The notes beneath the pieces were generated by a model that worked only from the letters and a program-made list of their open reading frames with translations, was not told the origin of the DNA and ran no database searches. Positions 40,201 to 53,503 of a DNA stretch of 64,000 nucleotides are shown here, one piece after another. Location of the stretch: positions 60,574,001 to 60,638,000 of the forward strand of contig CM060731.1 of NCBI GenBank assembly GCA_030704615.1, in the 5' to 3' direction. Position numbers and translations under genes: made by a program. Positions within the stretch are counted from its first letter, which is position 1, and each line of letters begins with the position of its first letter. The stretch is from Takakia lepidozioides. Taxonomy: Eukaryota; Plantae; Bryophyta.

Positions 40201-41987
40201 GTGGAGGTACGCCATACCGACGTGGTGGCCGGGGCCGTGGTTCCGTGACGACACATTCAAGAGGTGGAGGTGATTCTCTGGATGCTACTGTGCGAGCCAG
40301 TGTGGAACAAGCAATTCTGGAAGATGCAGTTCGTGAGTCAGCTGCGTTGTTTGCCAGTACTGAGCCGGATGTAGTAAGTTCAGGTCCTGGTGGTCATACT
40401 CCTGAAGGACCAAATTCATTTGCAGCTCTTGGGGAGAGTGAAGCCGGAGAAGGAGAAGGTGGGCCTTCGAGATACCTCTCAGCTGTATCAGGGTCTGGTC
40501 CATCTTCCCTAGCAGATTCTGCATTTCCACCCCTCCCTGGGCTGTCAAAAAATGCTCGTCGTAAGGCAAAGATGCGGAACCAGGGCCCCAATGCATCAAT
40601 GGCGGCACTTTTGGGAGGGGGTGGAGGAAGAGGAGGCATTCGTGTTTTAAATATGGCGGATTCCAGGCCTTCATCAGTAACACCTATTTCTCGTCCCTCA
40701 CCAGGAAATGCAGATGCAAGGTCTAGGAGTCAAGTCAGTGGTAGTGTCAGTAGCACTAGTGCGGGGGCTTCAGTTGGAGGTGTTAGAGATGAAAGGGGCA
40801 GGCAAACCCAACCTGTGACTCCAGTGACTGCAACTGGACCCCCGCCAGGTGCTGACCAAGGGGCACCTGGCGGGATTAGTGGACACAGCGGCAGGGGACA
40901 GACTGCCTCTTCATTGGGGTCAGCAGTCCAAGACAGTAGGTTAGACATTGTTGACCAGCTCAGCATGGAAGAGATACGTGCTGCCAACAAAGCTCTTGTT
41001 GATCGCATTCGAGCAGGGTTGAAAGGCAATGAGCAGCAGTTTGCTGATTTCAAGGATGTGTCTGCTCGTTTTAGAAAAGGGGAGATGAGTTCACGCGACT
41101 ACAATGGACATGTTGCCCGTCTAGGTCTTTCTTATGTCGTGCCAGAGCTTGCGAGGCTTTGTCCAGATCCACGAAAGCGCACTGAGTTGATGGAGGCACA
41201 TAGAGGTGGACTTACTCTTGGTCAAGCCAGACCTCCAGGTTTTGGTGGCACCCCTCCCCCTTCGCACACTGCTATGGGGAAAAGCCCTGGAGAGACTGGA
41301 AAAGGCAAGTCCATGGAAGAACAGGGAAGCCTCCAACCGGCAAGCCTGGCCATTTTGCCTAGTTTGAGTGTATGGGTGCAACCATCAAATGAGGAGGTGG
41401 AAGTGCTCTCTACAGATGGGTACCGCAGAGCCAAAGGGAAGTCCAAAGTAGAGGAAGGGGGGTCGTCCATTTCCAGTATGGAGAAAGCATCCTTAGATGA
41501 CTCCGCTGTTGCTCATGACCGTTCACTACAAGTCTTGGTAAAAGCATCCCGTAGTTTGTTGGAGTCTCCTGCTGAGGCAGGTTCCATTGTCGTTAGCTCG
41601 GTGCCAGCTGGTGGGTGGGCTTGTGTTGTATGCACCTTGGTCAACCAAGTGGGCACTTTCCAATGTGCAGCATGTAGTTCTACTGGCCCTGCTGGGGCAG
41701 CTGCTAATGAAGCTGAAAAAGGAGATGCTGCAGGGAGTGACAAACGGAAAAAGAAGTTGCCCAAATTCCAGAGAGTGCGATTGGGTGATGGATCTGCTGC
41801 TGCGCTTTTAGACAGTACCACATCAAATCCTTGGGGGTCAGACCTGGTGCAAAATGGTAATGCTACGCCGGCCGTCACTCAAGGTAGATCTTTCGGTCGT
41901 GGTGCTTGGAACAATGGTGGAGGGCAGCGGTTGGTTTCCTTGGCACAAAGGGAGTCTGACATTGATGCTGCTGGGGGTAGGAAGTAA
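37258..41987 (+). CDS. ZNF598: ZNF598/HEL2-type RING E3 ubiquitin ligase (ribosome quality control)
   Basis: Exons 37258-37425 (RING CAVCAE...CGHREVC...CCIC), 37762-38088, 38508-38716 (GHPMCAFC...CHLCQR), 39129-39177, 39528-39617, 39939-40001 and 40143-41987. All introns are GT-AG and phase-consistent. Contains C2H2-like fingers, an AFPPLPG motif and a helical domain (IRAANKALVDRIR...VPELARLCPD). Confidence 0.93.
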
Positions 41988-44949
41988 GTTTGTGCCAACG
42001 GAAGCAGTGTGACACCATTCATATCTGTAGAGAATTCACCTAATATTTTTTTCAATTGCAATGCCGTCGAGATGATCTGCTGATCATTCATATTGATTGG
42101 TTGATTTTTGCCTCTGGAGGAACTACACCTGTTTCTGATACTGTCGACTTATCAAGTAACATGGTAGCTTCTTGCACGTAAGAAAGACTAGGAAAGGTAC
42201 TGATGACTATCCACTGTGTGTGCGCTGCACAGAGAACAATAATTTGCTCTTTTGTGTGATGCCATGAGCAGAGAATTTTGTAAGTTTGGGGTTAAAATAT
42301 GGTCCCTTTTGTGACTGGAGAAGAAGCCAGCAGGGATGTTTTTATGGCAGTCTTGGTGAAGAACAGGCCTCTCCTGCAACAATGGGCCTGGCAGTCACTT
42401 GCAGAGTGCCGCAATGGGAGCTCCCCGGGTAAATGACGACATTTAAACCCTGCAACACAATCTTGCCAAGGGTGCTCCTGCAGGTTATGTAGTTCATCCT
42501 CCACACCTCCAGACACTGCCAAGAGTGACCAGCAAACTCAATTTCTATGGAAATCAAACCTTCCAGTGTGACCCTGCAACCATGTCAAGCCTTGATCGGG
42601 CGGCTCACAAGGGCAGGAACCTTCCGTGACGTAAGGTGCCATCCTCACCTGGCAGGGAAATCCGTCCGCGTAAGGTGCCATCCTCTCTAACTAAGAAATC
42701 CTGGCTGGGTCTTTACGGAAATGTGAGAGTGACTTCGCTGATTTGTGATTTCATCAGGTTCTGTCAGTAAATACGGTTTGATGTTGTAGGGGTTCCCCAA
42801 CAGGGGTGCAAGGAATGAGTTTTATGTCCCCTCCTGGCAGGATGTGAGCAGGTATAACATATGGGCCTCCACTGCTGGGCTTCTGTCCACCTGCTCCCTG
42901 CTCCACAGCTTTTTCAGGGTCCACTTCGCCTGGCATCGTTTCCCCACCAGGTCCACAGGAAGGTCCCTCGGACATTTTGGCATGTTCTGTATCCGTGTGA
43001 GGTGGTTGTGTTGTTTGAGGGAAAAACACAAACTTTCTTTTTGTTGGTATCTCGAGATGAAGCCATATGTTGTGAGAGTCCTCCATCTCATTCAAGAGTC
43101 CCATGCTACTCCCAAGGTGTTTCCATTGCAGCAACTATGTGGAATGGCTTCACTTTGCCTGGTCATATTACTGTAATCGATGTGCCTTTCATGTGAAATC
43201 CAGCAATTGAAGTTGTTGACTGCCTTTCGAATGGGTGTCTGAAGCCTCCAGGCTTGCAAATCTTAAAACATTGAGCCATCTTGACTCAATGTCATGTGAA
43301 CTCATTGGGAACAGTTTTCCCATTTGAGTGGTTTTAGTGCATTACAGCTCCAGCTCAGAACCATGCAGCAGTTGGCTCTCCCAAGCTAAATTTATTCTAA
43401 AACTGGAAACTGGGTTCACAAGCCCTTGGCAGAGGCCTTTCTACAGCTAAACATGTTCAGGTGGCTACTCGGAGCTTCCAGACCGATCCCCACTAAGTAA
43501 GTGCCAGATGAAGTACTCCGAAAAAGTTTGACTTTCCTGATGGTACTAATAATTTGAGTTATGTTTCAGGAGGTAAGACTGGAAACAGATGCTCAGATGC
43601 ACTTATATCGATGTGTCTTGTTGTCTATGCAGTCACTAAAACCAGACAAGGATGTGTGCTACTCAATCTGTCTGTTCAAAGAAATGGTTTGTAGTTTGTA
43701 GCTCCAAACAAAATTTGTCTTTCAGGGTGGCATACCAAAACTTAAGAATGTGCTGATCGCGAATGATGAAATGCAGATCTTTCGTGTTTAGAAGAATCTT
43801 ATTTTCACCTAGGCAAGGTGGTCACAGTGACTTCTTCTGGTGCTTCAAACCCCAACCTTCTGTGTATTTTACAGCCAGCATTGTGATCAAGCTTTTCAGT
43901 GCGGCCATGGTGCATTATTTTTCTCAGATGCACTGTGCTGGCCCTGCACTGAAATTGAGCAGTGCTGGAGGTTGCATGTACCTGCCATTTTCTTCGTCTC
44001 CATGTCCTCTTAAGTTCTCACAGACACGCGGGGTTTTGAGTGCGGGGGTTTTGAGTAAGGTCGAACGATGGGGCTTTGTCCCTCACAGATCTAGAATTTT
44101 TGTTGGGCTTCCGAGGATCAGAAAGACAGGTTTTGAGGCCAACAAGAGTCTTCTTCAGGGAGACTTTGAAATGTCGCACTTCATCAGTTGGGTCCTCGCT
44201 CTCACTCCAACAACCAGCGCCCAAAAGCGTAAGAGTAAAGGTGTCATAGGGTGTCATAAACATCGCATAATTTGGACACAAAAATCCTGTCCTCGCAGCA
44301 GAGTTGCAGATTGCGCAGTTCCATCTACCGGGGAGCGAGTCCTCACAACTCTCCACAGAAAATTTGGAGGAGAGATTGGGATGTGATGGGGTGAGATTTG
44401 CGGATGTGGAGGGCATTATGACAGAATTGAAGATAAGAAACAGATCACGAATGGTTCTCCAAAGCGTGATTTTTCCTCATACAAAGCAATCATGATGCAG
44501 GAAAACTAGGCCCGGTTTTGTTAAGCTTTTAGCACCTAGCAAGCATTGCATTTTGATAGATTAGGTTGGACTACGTACCACATTATCACGCATCCGGAGC
44601 ATCTTGGGTCGATGGAGGGGGTATTCTTTGAATTTGCAATACATAGAACATGACATGATTAGCACCTACAAAAATTGTAGTGGGGGCTATTCAAACACAT
44701 ATGGCACGAAGCACGGTTGAGGAAGCTTTGTTGTAGGCTTGCAAGGCTGTAAGTATGGATCAAGTCCCTTTAGCCCTCTGTTGAGTCTTCAGGTTTTGAC
44801 TCAGAGATCCCAATGCTCAAAGAGATGAGGGGCAAAAAAAGTTTCTTCTCCAACTGGCAGCAGCCATGGAGCACGAAAGAGGCAGAAGGAAAGGCCTCCC
44901 ATGTAAGGCAGACAAAGGGTGGAGACAAAGGGAGGAGTGCACTCTAATG

Positions 44950-45710
44950 TAGCTTCTCATTGTTGAATAATTGGGAGTTTAAGGCTCACGTGTGCCAGGC
45001 AGCGGGCCCCACGCACGGACGTCGGGCGCCCTTGGGTGGCCCCACCGCGACCCATGACCCGGCCCGGGTGGGTCTGCCCCAGGTATGGTCTGCCACGAGA
45101 CTCGGCGAGGGTGGGTATGCCACCAGGTATGGTCTGCTGCTAGGTAGGGTTCACAGGCCCTGACCTTAGGCGAGACTTAGCTCGGGTGGGTATGCCGCGA
45201 GGATGGGTTTGCCCGCGAGGTAGGGTCCGCAAGCCCTGACCCTAGGCTGCGTTGGGGCTGACTGCGGCTATTTTCTAGGTTAAGAGAAAAAAAAATGTTG
45301 GGATATTAGCAAGCAGTGGGTAGTGTGGTGGTTGGGGGCATTGAGTGGTACCTATGAGATTGTGGGTTCAAATTTGGTTGCGCCAAATGTGTATTAATGA
45401 TGGTTTCGGTTGGCGTTGCATGTGTATCAATGACCTGTTTTTTGATGGGCGAGTTTTCCCGCAAAAATTTCTAAGTCCCGTGGGCGGGCTGTGGCGCGAC
45501 GAGCAGACCATTCAGTTGGACCGAAGACCTGCAAGGAGACCCAACCTGCGAGCAATGAGTAGACCCGACCCGACCTACGAGCAAACCCGACCTACGAGCA
45601 GACCCGGACCCTCCGGGTGGTCGCGGGGGCGCCCGACGTCCATGCATGGGTCCTCTGCCTAGCGCACACGTGCGCCTTAAATTCCCAATTATTCAAAAAT
45701 GAGAGGCCTG
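44950..45710. mobile_element. Non-autonomous foldback/MITE-like DNA transposon
   Basis: Imperfect terminal inverted repeats of about 90 bp (tctcattgttgaataattgggagtttaaggctcacgtgtgc versus gcacacgtgcgccttaaattcccaattattcaaaaatgaga). GC-rich subterminal repeats. Flanked by direct TAATGTA (44945-44951 and 45711-45717). Confidence 0.75.
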
Positions 45711-46559
45711 TAATGTATGGGGAAAAAGATCTTAAATGGGACAAAGTATTATTCTCTTAAGGAATATTCTGCTCTTCCATTTTTCAAGGACTTTAATAAA
45801 CATGAGGATGTCCCTCACACAGGTCAGGCCAACACTCTGAGATGTCTTCCGATTGTGACTGAAGCATTAGCATTGGTTCGGACATCTCTGCAATCTGCAT
45901 CTACCTAAGGGCCTTGGCCCAAACCCTGCACAATCGGAGAGATGGAACTGCTGACCTGACTTAAGTGCCCTCAATCACGCTTTGCATTCAATGCTAGGCG
46001 AGGTACTAAACCAAATAACCGTGGTCAATCACCTACCCTGTGCAGAGCAAAGGAATCAAGGACCATGGTCTGGAGTCCAGGCATCAGTAGTTGGCCTCAC
46101 TGACTTGGATTTACAGAATGCATGAAACCAAAGGTTTTCACTTTTCTTGAACCACACAAATCTAACCAAGAAAGCACCATGCACTCTGACTTCACCGGCG
46201 CAAGACCTACATGTGGCATTCTCTACCCGTAAAATCAGCGGACAGCAGATACCACTAACTGCAGGAAGGCGTCTGAGAAAAGAGCCAACAAAAGAGGGCA
46301 GATGCTTGAGGCCATCTTCAGTGGTCAACGTTAGGGCTGCATCACCAAGAGGACATCTGGGGGCAGGGGTGGTAGGCACAGAGGCGCAGGTGGTGCGCGA
46401 ATCTGCTGCAAAGGAAGAAAGAACCCTGGCACCCCTCCACTGCCTGGCATTGGCCCTGCACCTGTCATACCCAGTCAGATCCCTCATGTCATTGAGGGAT
46501 GATTGCCTGCTGGAAAGAAAGTTCTGCAGCTTATGGGACTTCATCCTAAATTCAGTCCC

Positions 46560-47286
46560 CAAGGATGTCAGAAACATTGAAATTTACTAAGCCTGCACGT
46601 CGCAGCCATGCTTAGCAACATAGCCAGGGCAAAAAACAATTACAAAAATGGATGTCAAAAGGGGGTTCAGGAATCACGCTAGTACACACCCCTCCTCCCA
46701 CTCGATCCGGTCTCCATCCTCTCGGTGATGGCTTTCTTCCTGCTAGCTATCACAGCCTTCAGGAATACCTTCAGCTTGCCGTTGTGGGGCGCGGGCATTG
46801 TTCTCTAAGCTCACTTCTAGCAATTGTATTACCTGCAAGACAAGCTCTTGTGGAGGAACACTATGGCCTCTCCACAAGTGTGAGTGGTCTGGCGATAATA
46901 AAGTTCTTCAAGGCAAAACCCTGAGCAGTCAAAAAAGTGTAGTGCCAGATCAGACATAGTAAAATTGACACAAATTGTACCTTGTTGGATGCCCAGCCCA
47001 GTTGCGGTCAACCATATCAAGTGTTTGAAACCGCTTAAGGCGCTCAGAGAGTGGCACCCCATGCCTATGATGAAGGCCCACCTTGGGCTGCACAACCAAA
47101 CAGAAAAAAATCTTCATCGACACATAGAAAAACACACTCATTATGACATACATTTTCAGGATTCCATTTCAAGAAGTTACCAAGTACTCCTAGCTTTGTT
47201 CAATCCATACCATCCAACAGTCACTCACCGCATGTCAGTTATGTAATTATGAACAACTTTTACATGGAACTTAAAAGCCTACTGTT
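46560..47286 (-). repeat. Dispersed repeat 'A', copy 2 (inverted; MTase-like core deleted)
   Basis: Reverse complement of 13522-14551, lacking about 14037-14322. Confidence 0.85.
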
Positions 47287-47569
47287 GAAGCTTACACCGT
47301 TTATCCTTCCACACAATCAGATGAAGACATAGATGTAGAGGAAGAGAGTTGCCACCGCCAAAGAGTTTGGTCATGAAGAGATGAAAGAATGGGATGAGAA
47401 GCTTGCAAACTCATAAGCAACCAATTCTCTGTAGATTGTAAGAATGTACTCATAAGACGTTGTTTGCCGTAGCCTTTGTGGCCATTGAACCTGCGCCCAG
47501 TTTGAGCAGAACTCAAAGAGACAGAAATTACCTTTGTCAAGGGCTGACACCGGTAGTATGACTTGCCTT

Positions 47570-48800
47570 AGAACAGACTATTAATCCGAGGTTTCCAGAT
47601 ATCCACTAGCTTTACACAAGCATCAATCTTCTATGTATGGTTTGCCCAATAACTAGGCCCAAAACGGCCTGGGTTTTTGGCTCAGCCTCGAGACTTCCGA
47701 AGTTGGTAAATACAGATACAGGCACAATTCCCTTCATGGACTTGAAGACGGCATCTCTCTGATGAGAGTACCCAAGACAATGAATCAAAAAATGAAAATT
47801 GTCTTCAGGTTGCCCACACTACGGGCATTTGCAATCCCCCTTTCCTCTTCACTTCTGTTTGTTGTTCAAAGGTAGGCTTCCCGGTGTGAGTTTAAATTTC
47901 AGTCTAGTGCCAAGAGTGGGAAAGCCCTCGAGGTCATCCATGATGGTCTCCCCCAGGTCATAGACTCGAAACAAGTTCAGGGAAGTTTTCTGCCTAACTT
48001 CACTTTCATCAGACAATTTCCTGGCAATAGACATGGCTTTAGACACTACAGCCTCTAAGTCGGATTTAACCAGCAAGATCAAGACTTGCGAACTTAGGTT
48101 CAGATCCTTGAGAATGTCTTCTACCGTCTTCTGACATGACTTAGCCTATTTGACAGGGCAATCCTGCTTCCAAGATATGGAGTTCATTAACTTAGGATAT
48201 CTGATTTCATATGTTGCAGCTGACCCTACCATCTGACCTTGAATTTGTCTCGTAGGGAGCTTAAAGGAGGGATGCCAAACTCATCATGAACAACCATAGT
48301 GGCTATTTTGCAGCAGGCTGACATGCACTCCTTAAGCACCCCTCATCGAATGCTGCACATTTACTAACGCTAGCCTCTAGCCCCCAAAGGTCAAAGTATA
48401 TCTTCGCGCAATCAATCAATTCCTGGAGATTGGAAGGAGTTTCCCTATGCCTGCAAAGTCATCCGCAAACATAAGGGCTGGTATGGTGGCATTACCCATC
48501 CTTAACCCAAATCCCTCACTTTCCACATCCTCGAGGAGTTGATTGATGAGAACATTGAAGAGAGGGTACATCCTTGACATACACCTTGGTCTATGTCAAA
48601 GAAGTTAGACTTTTGTCCATTAACAATGATACAGCTTTTGGTGTGAGCATACAAGTTGTGGACCACTCTCCACATCTTTCCCTTGACCCGAGATGACCAT
48701 AGTTGGACCTTCTCTCCACACTGTGTCATAAGCCTTTTGACTCTCAAGAAAAAGACAGCAGTGGGTTTCCCTTATTTTTTCCTTCCTTGGATAATCTGGC
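47570..48800 (-). mobile_element. Decayed non-LTR retrotransposon RT and 3' region, distinct from the L1 at 18-23 kb
   Basis: KAYDT, VKGKMWRVVHNLY, QGVCQGCTLS and LMFADDF, then RLKFKL...L and a C-terminal CP.C...EDNFHFLIHC motif, with many stops. Confidence 0.78.
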
Positions 48801-49087
48801 TTAGGCCCACTTTGGGCAGAATGGGCAATATGCTATGTAAATTTCTGGACTTCAAACTTCTTTCCCTTGAGTAGCCTTCAATTTAGTCCGAGGGTTTCTT
48901 ACATCTGGCATCCAAAGAACTGATGAAAATCTTTGTGAGCCAGAAGAATGGGTGAGCAAAAGCCAGCATGCTTTACCTAAAATTGAAGCCCAAATTATCA
49001 TCAGCAATGCTGGAAATGAGCAGAATTATCTGCATTTTTGAGCATTGTGAGCATTATCTTACCGAACACCAAATCCCAAAAGGATTA

Positions 49088-49930
49088 TGGCACTATGGGA
49101 ACTTGTTGGGGGTAGATATCCAGGGAAGGCCTCATCTTCTCATTTGCTCCTCAACGTATGGAGAGGCAGGTTCTTGTCAACCTAGGGGTCAACGAGAGGC
49201 TGTCCCCCTACAAGACAAAGAGGATGGAGAATTTCAATAACCCTCCTCGAGAGGGATCCTCAAATGGAGTCTCGCAGTGATCGCATGGGAGAGAGATTGG
49301 CTCAAATGGAGTCTCGCAGTGATCGTATGTGATTCAATTGCATGAGCTATCTGGTTGGGTCGCTGTTTTGAAGGTAATATACTACTCCTTGGCTTGTTTT
49401 CTGCTGCCCCTTCCTGGCATTGCACATTATATACGATTGAGGCCAATAGGGAGCACTAACTTTCTGCACCTGCATGAATTTGGGATGAATTTGGTGTCTT
49501 GCAGGGGGACCTCGCCACTTCTTGCAGCCCATGATACGATACATATCATGGTTGACAAGTTGGACGAGGTCACGCAAGAATGCTGCAAGAGATCGCAGTC
49601 CAATGTAGGTTTCATCGGTGCTTGGAAGGCAAACCACAAGCTGATACGAGGCTCGTACAGCTTTTTGCATCAGTATGTAGAGCAGACAACCAGCGACAAA
49701 GAGAAGGACGACGGATTGTCTATGTTGCAACACGTCTATCAAGTGGTGAGAAATCCCTATTACAATTCTAGTTAGTCTAATCGAAGCCACATGATGCACA
49801 CATTTGTGATTCCAGCCAAGTGTTTAATGTACACTTTAGTTATCAACTTATACTTGAAGGCTATAAGCGAATAAAAGCGAGAGTGCGTACAATAGGTGGA
49901 GCGCAAGTAGAGCGACCCGGGGCTATGTGG
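49088..49930 (+). repeat. Dispersed repeat 'B', copy 2 (exon 1 disrupted)
   Basis: Direct homolog of 15973-16835. Internal duplication of ctcaaatggagtctcgcagtgatcg. Intron ends and exon 2 are retained. Confidence 0.88.
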
Positions 49931-50457
49931 GGTGTAAGGCCCCAAGGCTACAACAAACAACAAGCGAGAGGGATAGGCTGCAAACCTTGGCATAAATAAG
50001 AGTAGGTAATAAGGGTGATGCCAAGCTCCTCACACGTCTTCTTAACACCGTTTTCCTCATGCAGCCGGTGAACGAGGCTATAATAAACCTACGACTTACC
50101 CATCAATTACAATGAGCCAAACATACAATGCTCAATAGTCTTTACGGAATTGCTGAGTGTTGACCACATGAGTCCAAGGCCTATCATATGGTAGAGTGAT
50201 CTGATGCCCTTTAAGATGAACATTGCGACACTTCAAGAAATTGGCACATTTTCAGTAAACCCATGCAATTCCTCTGAGGGGAGTTATGATTGGATCTCTT
50301 CCCTCCCACCCCCCTCATGTTGCAACACACGAGCAGCATTATGCGTTAAGAATGATCTAGCGAACCATCAATTGATTTCCATGTACCAAACGAAGAGATC
50401 TTACAGACGTTTGTACTCTCCCGCTAGCCTCGCCTCACCATCGTCAGCAACAACGCC

Positions 50458-50993
50458 CGGGTGTATATTCCAGTGTTGGACTGGTATCAAGTTTTTTACA
50501 TACCAATCTGGTCCTGGTACCAGGCGTATCACAAAGTTTTCATACCAGTCTGGTCTATATAATGGTGGATGTATATTTGTCCAAACACTGGTATGAGTAT
50601 GAGTATCATGACCACAATACCAGCTGGTATGAGGTATCAACTCTGGTATCATCCTTTATGTGTATTGTATTTATTTTCACTTGATATTTGCTATTTGATA
50701 AACTTGTAATTCAAGATGGCCTTAGAAGTAAATATACATAAATACAAATATATAGGCAAATGTACACATAAATTAATATGGTACACATACCAGAGTAAAT
50801 GAGGTAGACTGCGGGGGAGTACTGGTATTGTGGCTGGCATGAAAAAACTGATACCAGCCTGGTCTGGTATATGACCAAGTACTCTCCCAAACGATACCAG
50901 ATTGGTCTGGTATCTAATACCAGTGCATATACCAGTACTTTATACCAGTCCTTCACCTATATACCAGTCCAACACTGGTATTTTCCAGATCCG
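50458..50993. mobile_element. Non-autonomous TIR element with many ATACCAG/CTGGTAT subterminal repeats
   Basis: ccagtgttggactggtat (~50474) is the exact inverse of ataccagtccaacactgg (~50962). More than 10 ATACCA(G)/(C)TGGTAT motifs cluster at both ends around an AT-rich core. No TSD recognised. Confidence 0.62.
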
Positions 50994-51346
50994 AATCAGG
51001 TATTTACTGAGGTCATTTTTTCCTCTTGTAATCCAGTTATGTATGTAACTCAGAGGCTCCCTCTGAAGCTTCAAGGAATCCATTCGCTTTGTTGTTAAAA
51101 GATAGTGTGTTTTAGAAGATGTAACTTATGTGTGTGCATGCTAATGTAGTTGATAATGTTTGTTTAGGGTTGGGCCAATTTACAGAGCCTGAAAACAATG
51201 TCTTCTTACTGGGTAGGGTTGATATTTGATATGCATCCAGAAAGGTGTTCATTCACCAAGATGCTTTCTAGGGTGGAAGGCAGGGGATTGGGTCCGAGAG
51301 AGAGAACGTGTATGTGTCGGTGTGTGTGAGAGAGAGGGAGAGAGAG

Positions 51347-52745
51347 ATGGAGTGCCTCAGAGTGGTGAATGCAACCATAGCATTGCCCTCCTGTTCTCAA
51401 GCACCACTGTGTGGGTCATCTGGGTCTGCTGCCAGTGTCGACCCTCCTCCCTTCAGGTCGTCTGTGCTGGGGACTGCCTGCAATGGCTTGGTATGGAGAT
51501 CCCAGGGTACACGTCTTTTTTCGCGGACTCCAGGTTTACATGGGAGGATAGTGAGAGTGAATGGCGGAGGTGTTGCTACAGCCTATTTGGAAAGAGACAT
51601 GAACCCTGTGGAACAATTCTTCAAGAAAGTTCAGGGTGCGTTGCCAATTGTGGGGTTGATCTCGCGGATCATGAGTGACGAGGGAGGCGTTGGCACGGAT
51701 AGAATCCAGTTTGTGGAATTCTGTGGAAGAGTTGAGAAGAATTGCTCGCAGGATGCGTCACGTGCTTTCTACGACTTTGCCGAGCGCCACGGAAAGGTTC
51801 TCTCTCTCTCTCTCCCTCGCGCGCGCGCATGAAAGGAATTATACTACAGGCCTAACACAGTTTTGCAAATTTGAAGTCGTTCTGTTTTGCGGTTTTTGGG
51901 CCGTCAATGCTGGAGAGAGCGATGCATGATGATAGGCATTTCCATAAGAGCGTGAAGACGCTTGTGTTGTTTAAATGCCATCAGAAACTAGAATCAAAGC
52001 GTGTCTTTTTCCCATCTACTGAGCATAGCAATTCAGTATGCCCCAGTGACGAGTCGGGAATCACTTCAGGTTGCAAAGCCTCAGTATGTGCTGATATGGT
52101 GCTGGGCAGCGGCATTGGGTGCGGGCCTTCTGAAGTCGGATGACATGCTCATGGGAGCTGCACGGCTCCGCTGCTCGTATGATATTCAATACGAAATTGA
52201 GAGCTTTGACGTCCTCATGGAAGAAGCTGCCAAGGTTGGTTGCTTGTCTTCTCTGTCTGAATTTGGGGCTCACAGTGATATGCTGAGGGATGCACATCTC
52301 CATAATATACAAGGCAGACATTCTGTTTGGAAACAAAGGCTTGGCCGCCCCAAAGTAAGAATGTGTTCTCATCAACTGTGGCTTTCATAGAAATTGGTAG
52401 TTACTGACTTAGAATTTAAAATTGGAAGCTGTGATCTTGCAGAAGAGAGCCAAATCCAATTCCCCAGGGTTCAACATACCCATGGAAGCACGGGCGGAGA
52501 AAGCCCTTGATGCCATATGCACGTGCTGTATCGGTGCCTCCCAAATTGCTGAAGAGGATGTCCTGTTGCTGACCACAATCTTGTCTTTGGTATTCCCCTC
52601 TGCCAATGGATCAGAGATTGAGAATATTGTGAGATCCCGGCTACTGAATGCTGTTGATGATGTTTCTATCCTGGAACAGGCTAGTGATGATTTGGACAGG
52701 AAAGAATCTGAGGTTGTGCAGGACACAGCGGATAGCTTGGTTTAA
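51347..52745 (+). CDS. PSA3: Photosystem I assembly factor PSA3, chloroplastic
   Basis: Exons 51347-51796, 52070-52234 and 52443-52745 (GT-AG, phase 0). Motifs GALPIVGLISRIMSDEGGVG, SRAFYDF, CWAAALGAGLLKS and IPMEARAEKALDAICTCC. N-terminus is transit-peptide-like. Confidence 0.92.
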
Positions 52746-53503
52746 TTCATTACCCGCTCCGTGTCTCATATTCACATTCATACCGCAGCTCTTTGTTCTG
52801 CCAAGTAAAGATTTAAATTGCAAGCATTCAACTTGAGATGCCTTGTACGTCGGAACTATGGTTGGCATGTTGACTACATAATTGCACCTTGGTTAAGGTG
52901 AGATGCTATGATGAGATTGTATACACCCGTGATGATTTTATTTGCAATTGAACTCGGTTGTCAATCCCAACTCTTAATTGGAAGCCACAAAAGTTGATCA
53001 AGCAATGCAGTAAGTGTGTATACACTGCAAGCACTAGATGTGTCCATTTAATGCAAGCACCTGCATCCTCAGGGTTCCAATGACAGTAGCTGCAGCAAGC
53101 ATGATTATTGTTGCCACTTTTGAGATTAGAAACACATAACTAACACAACTAGAAACACATCTGGAATTATTCAGCTTCGACAAGTAAGTGCGCAGATAAG
53201 GTTTCCTGAAAACCAGGTACATAAATAGACTTATCTAGGTTAATTGTACTTGCAGTGAGTTGAATTAAGTTTGTAAGTTAAGAAAAAGTCAACAGAAAAA
53301 ATTCATCTTCGCAACTTCAGATCAACCTCAGTGACAGGATCAGGTTTGGATCTAGACCTGCCGGCTACTAAGATGCTTGGACGAATCTCGACAGGGCACC
53401 TTAAATGAGGCACGGTAACCGTCTCTGGTGCACAACACCCATCATTTTTCCACGGTTCAATCCTAGCATAGCAAGGCCTGCAGTTGCAATGTAATTAGCC
53501 AGG

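Noticed and set aside
43763-44416. 207-aa and 132-aa overlapping ORFs
   Set aside because: No recognisable motif, splice structure or protein-like composition.
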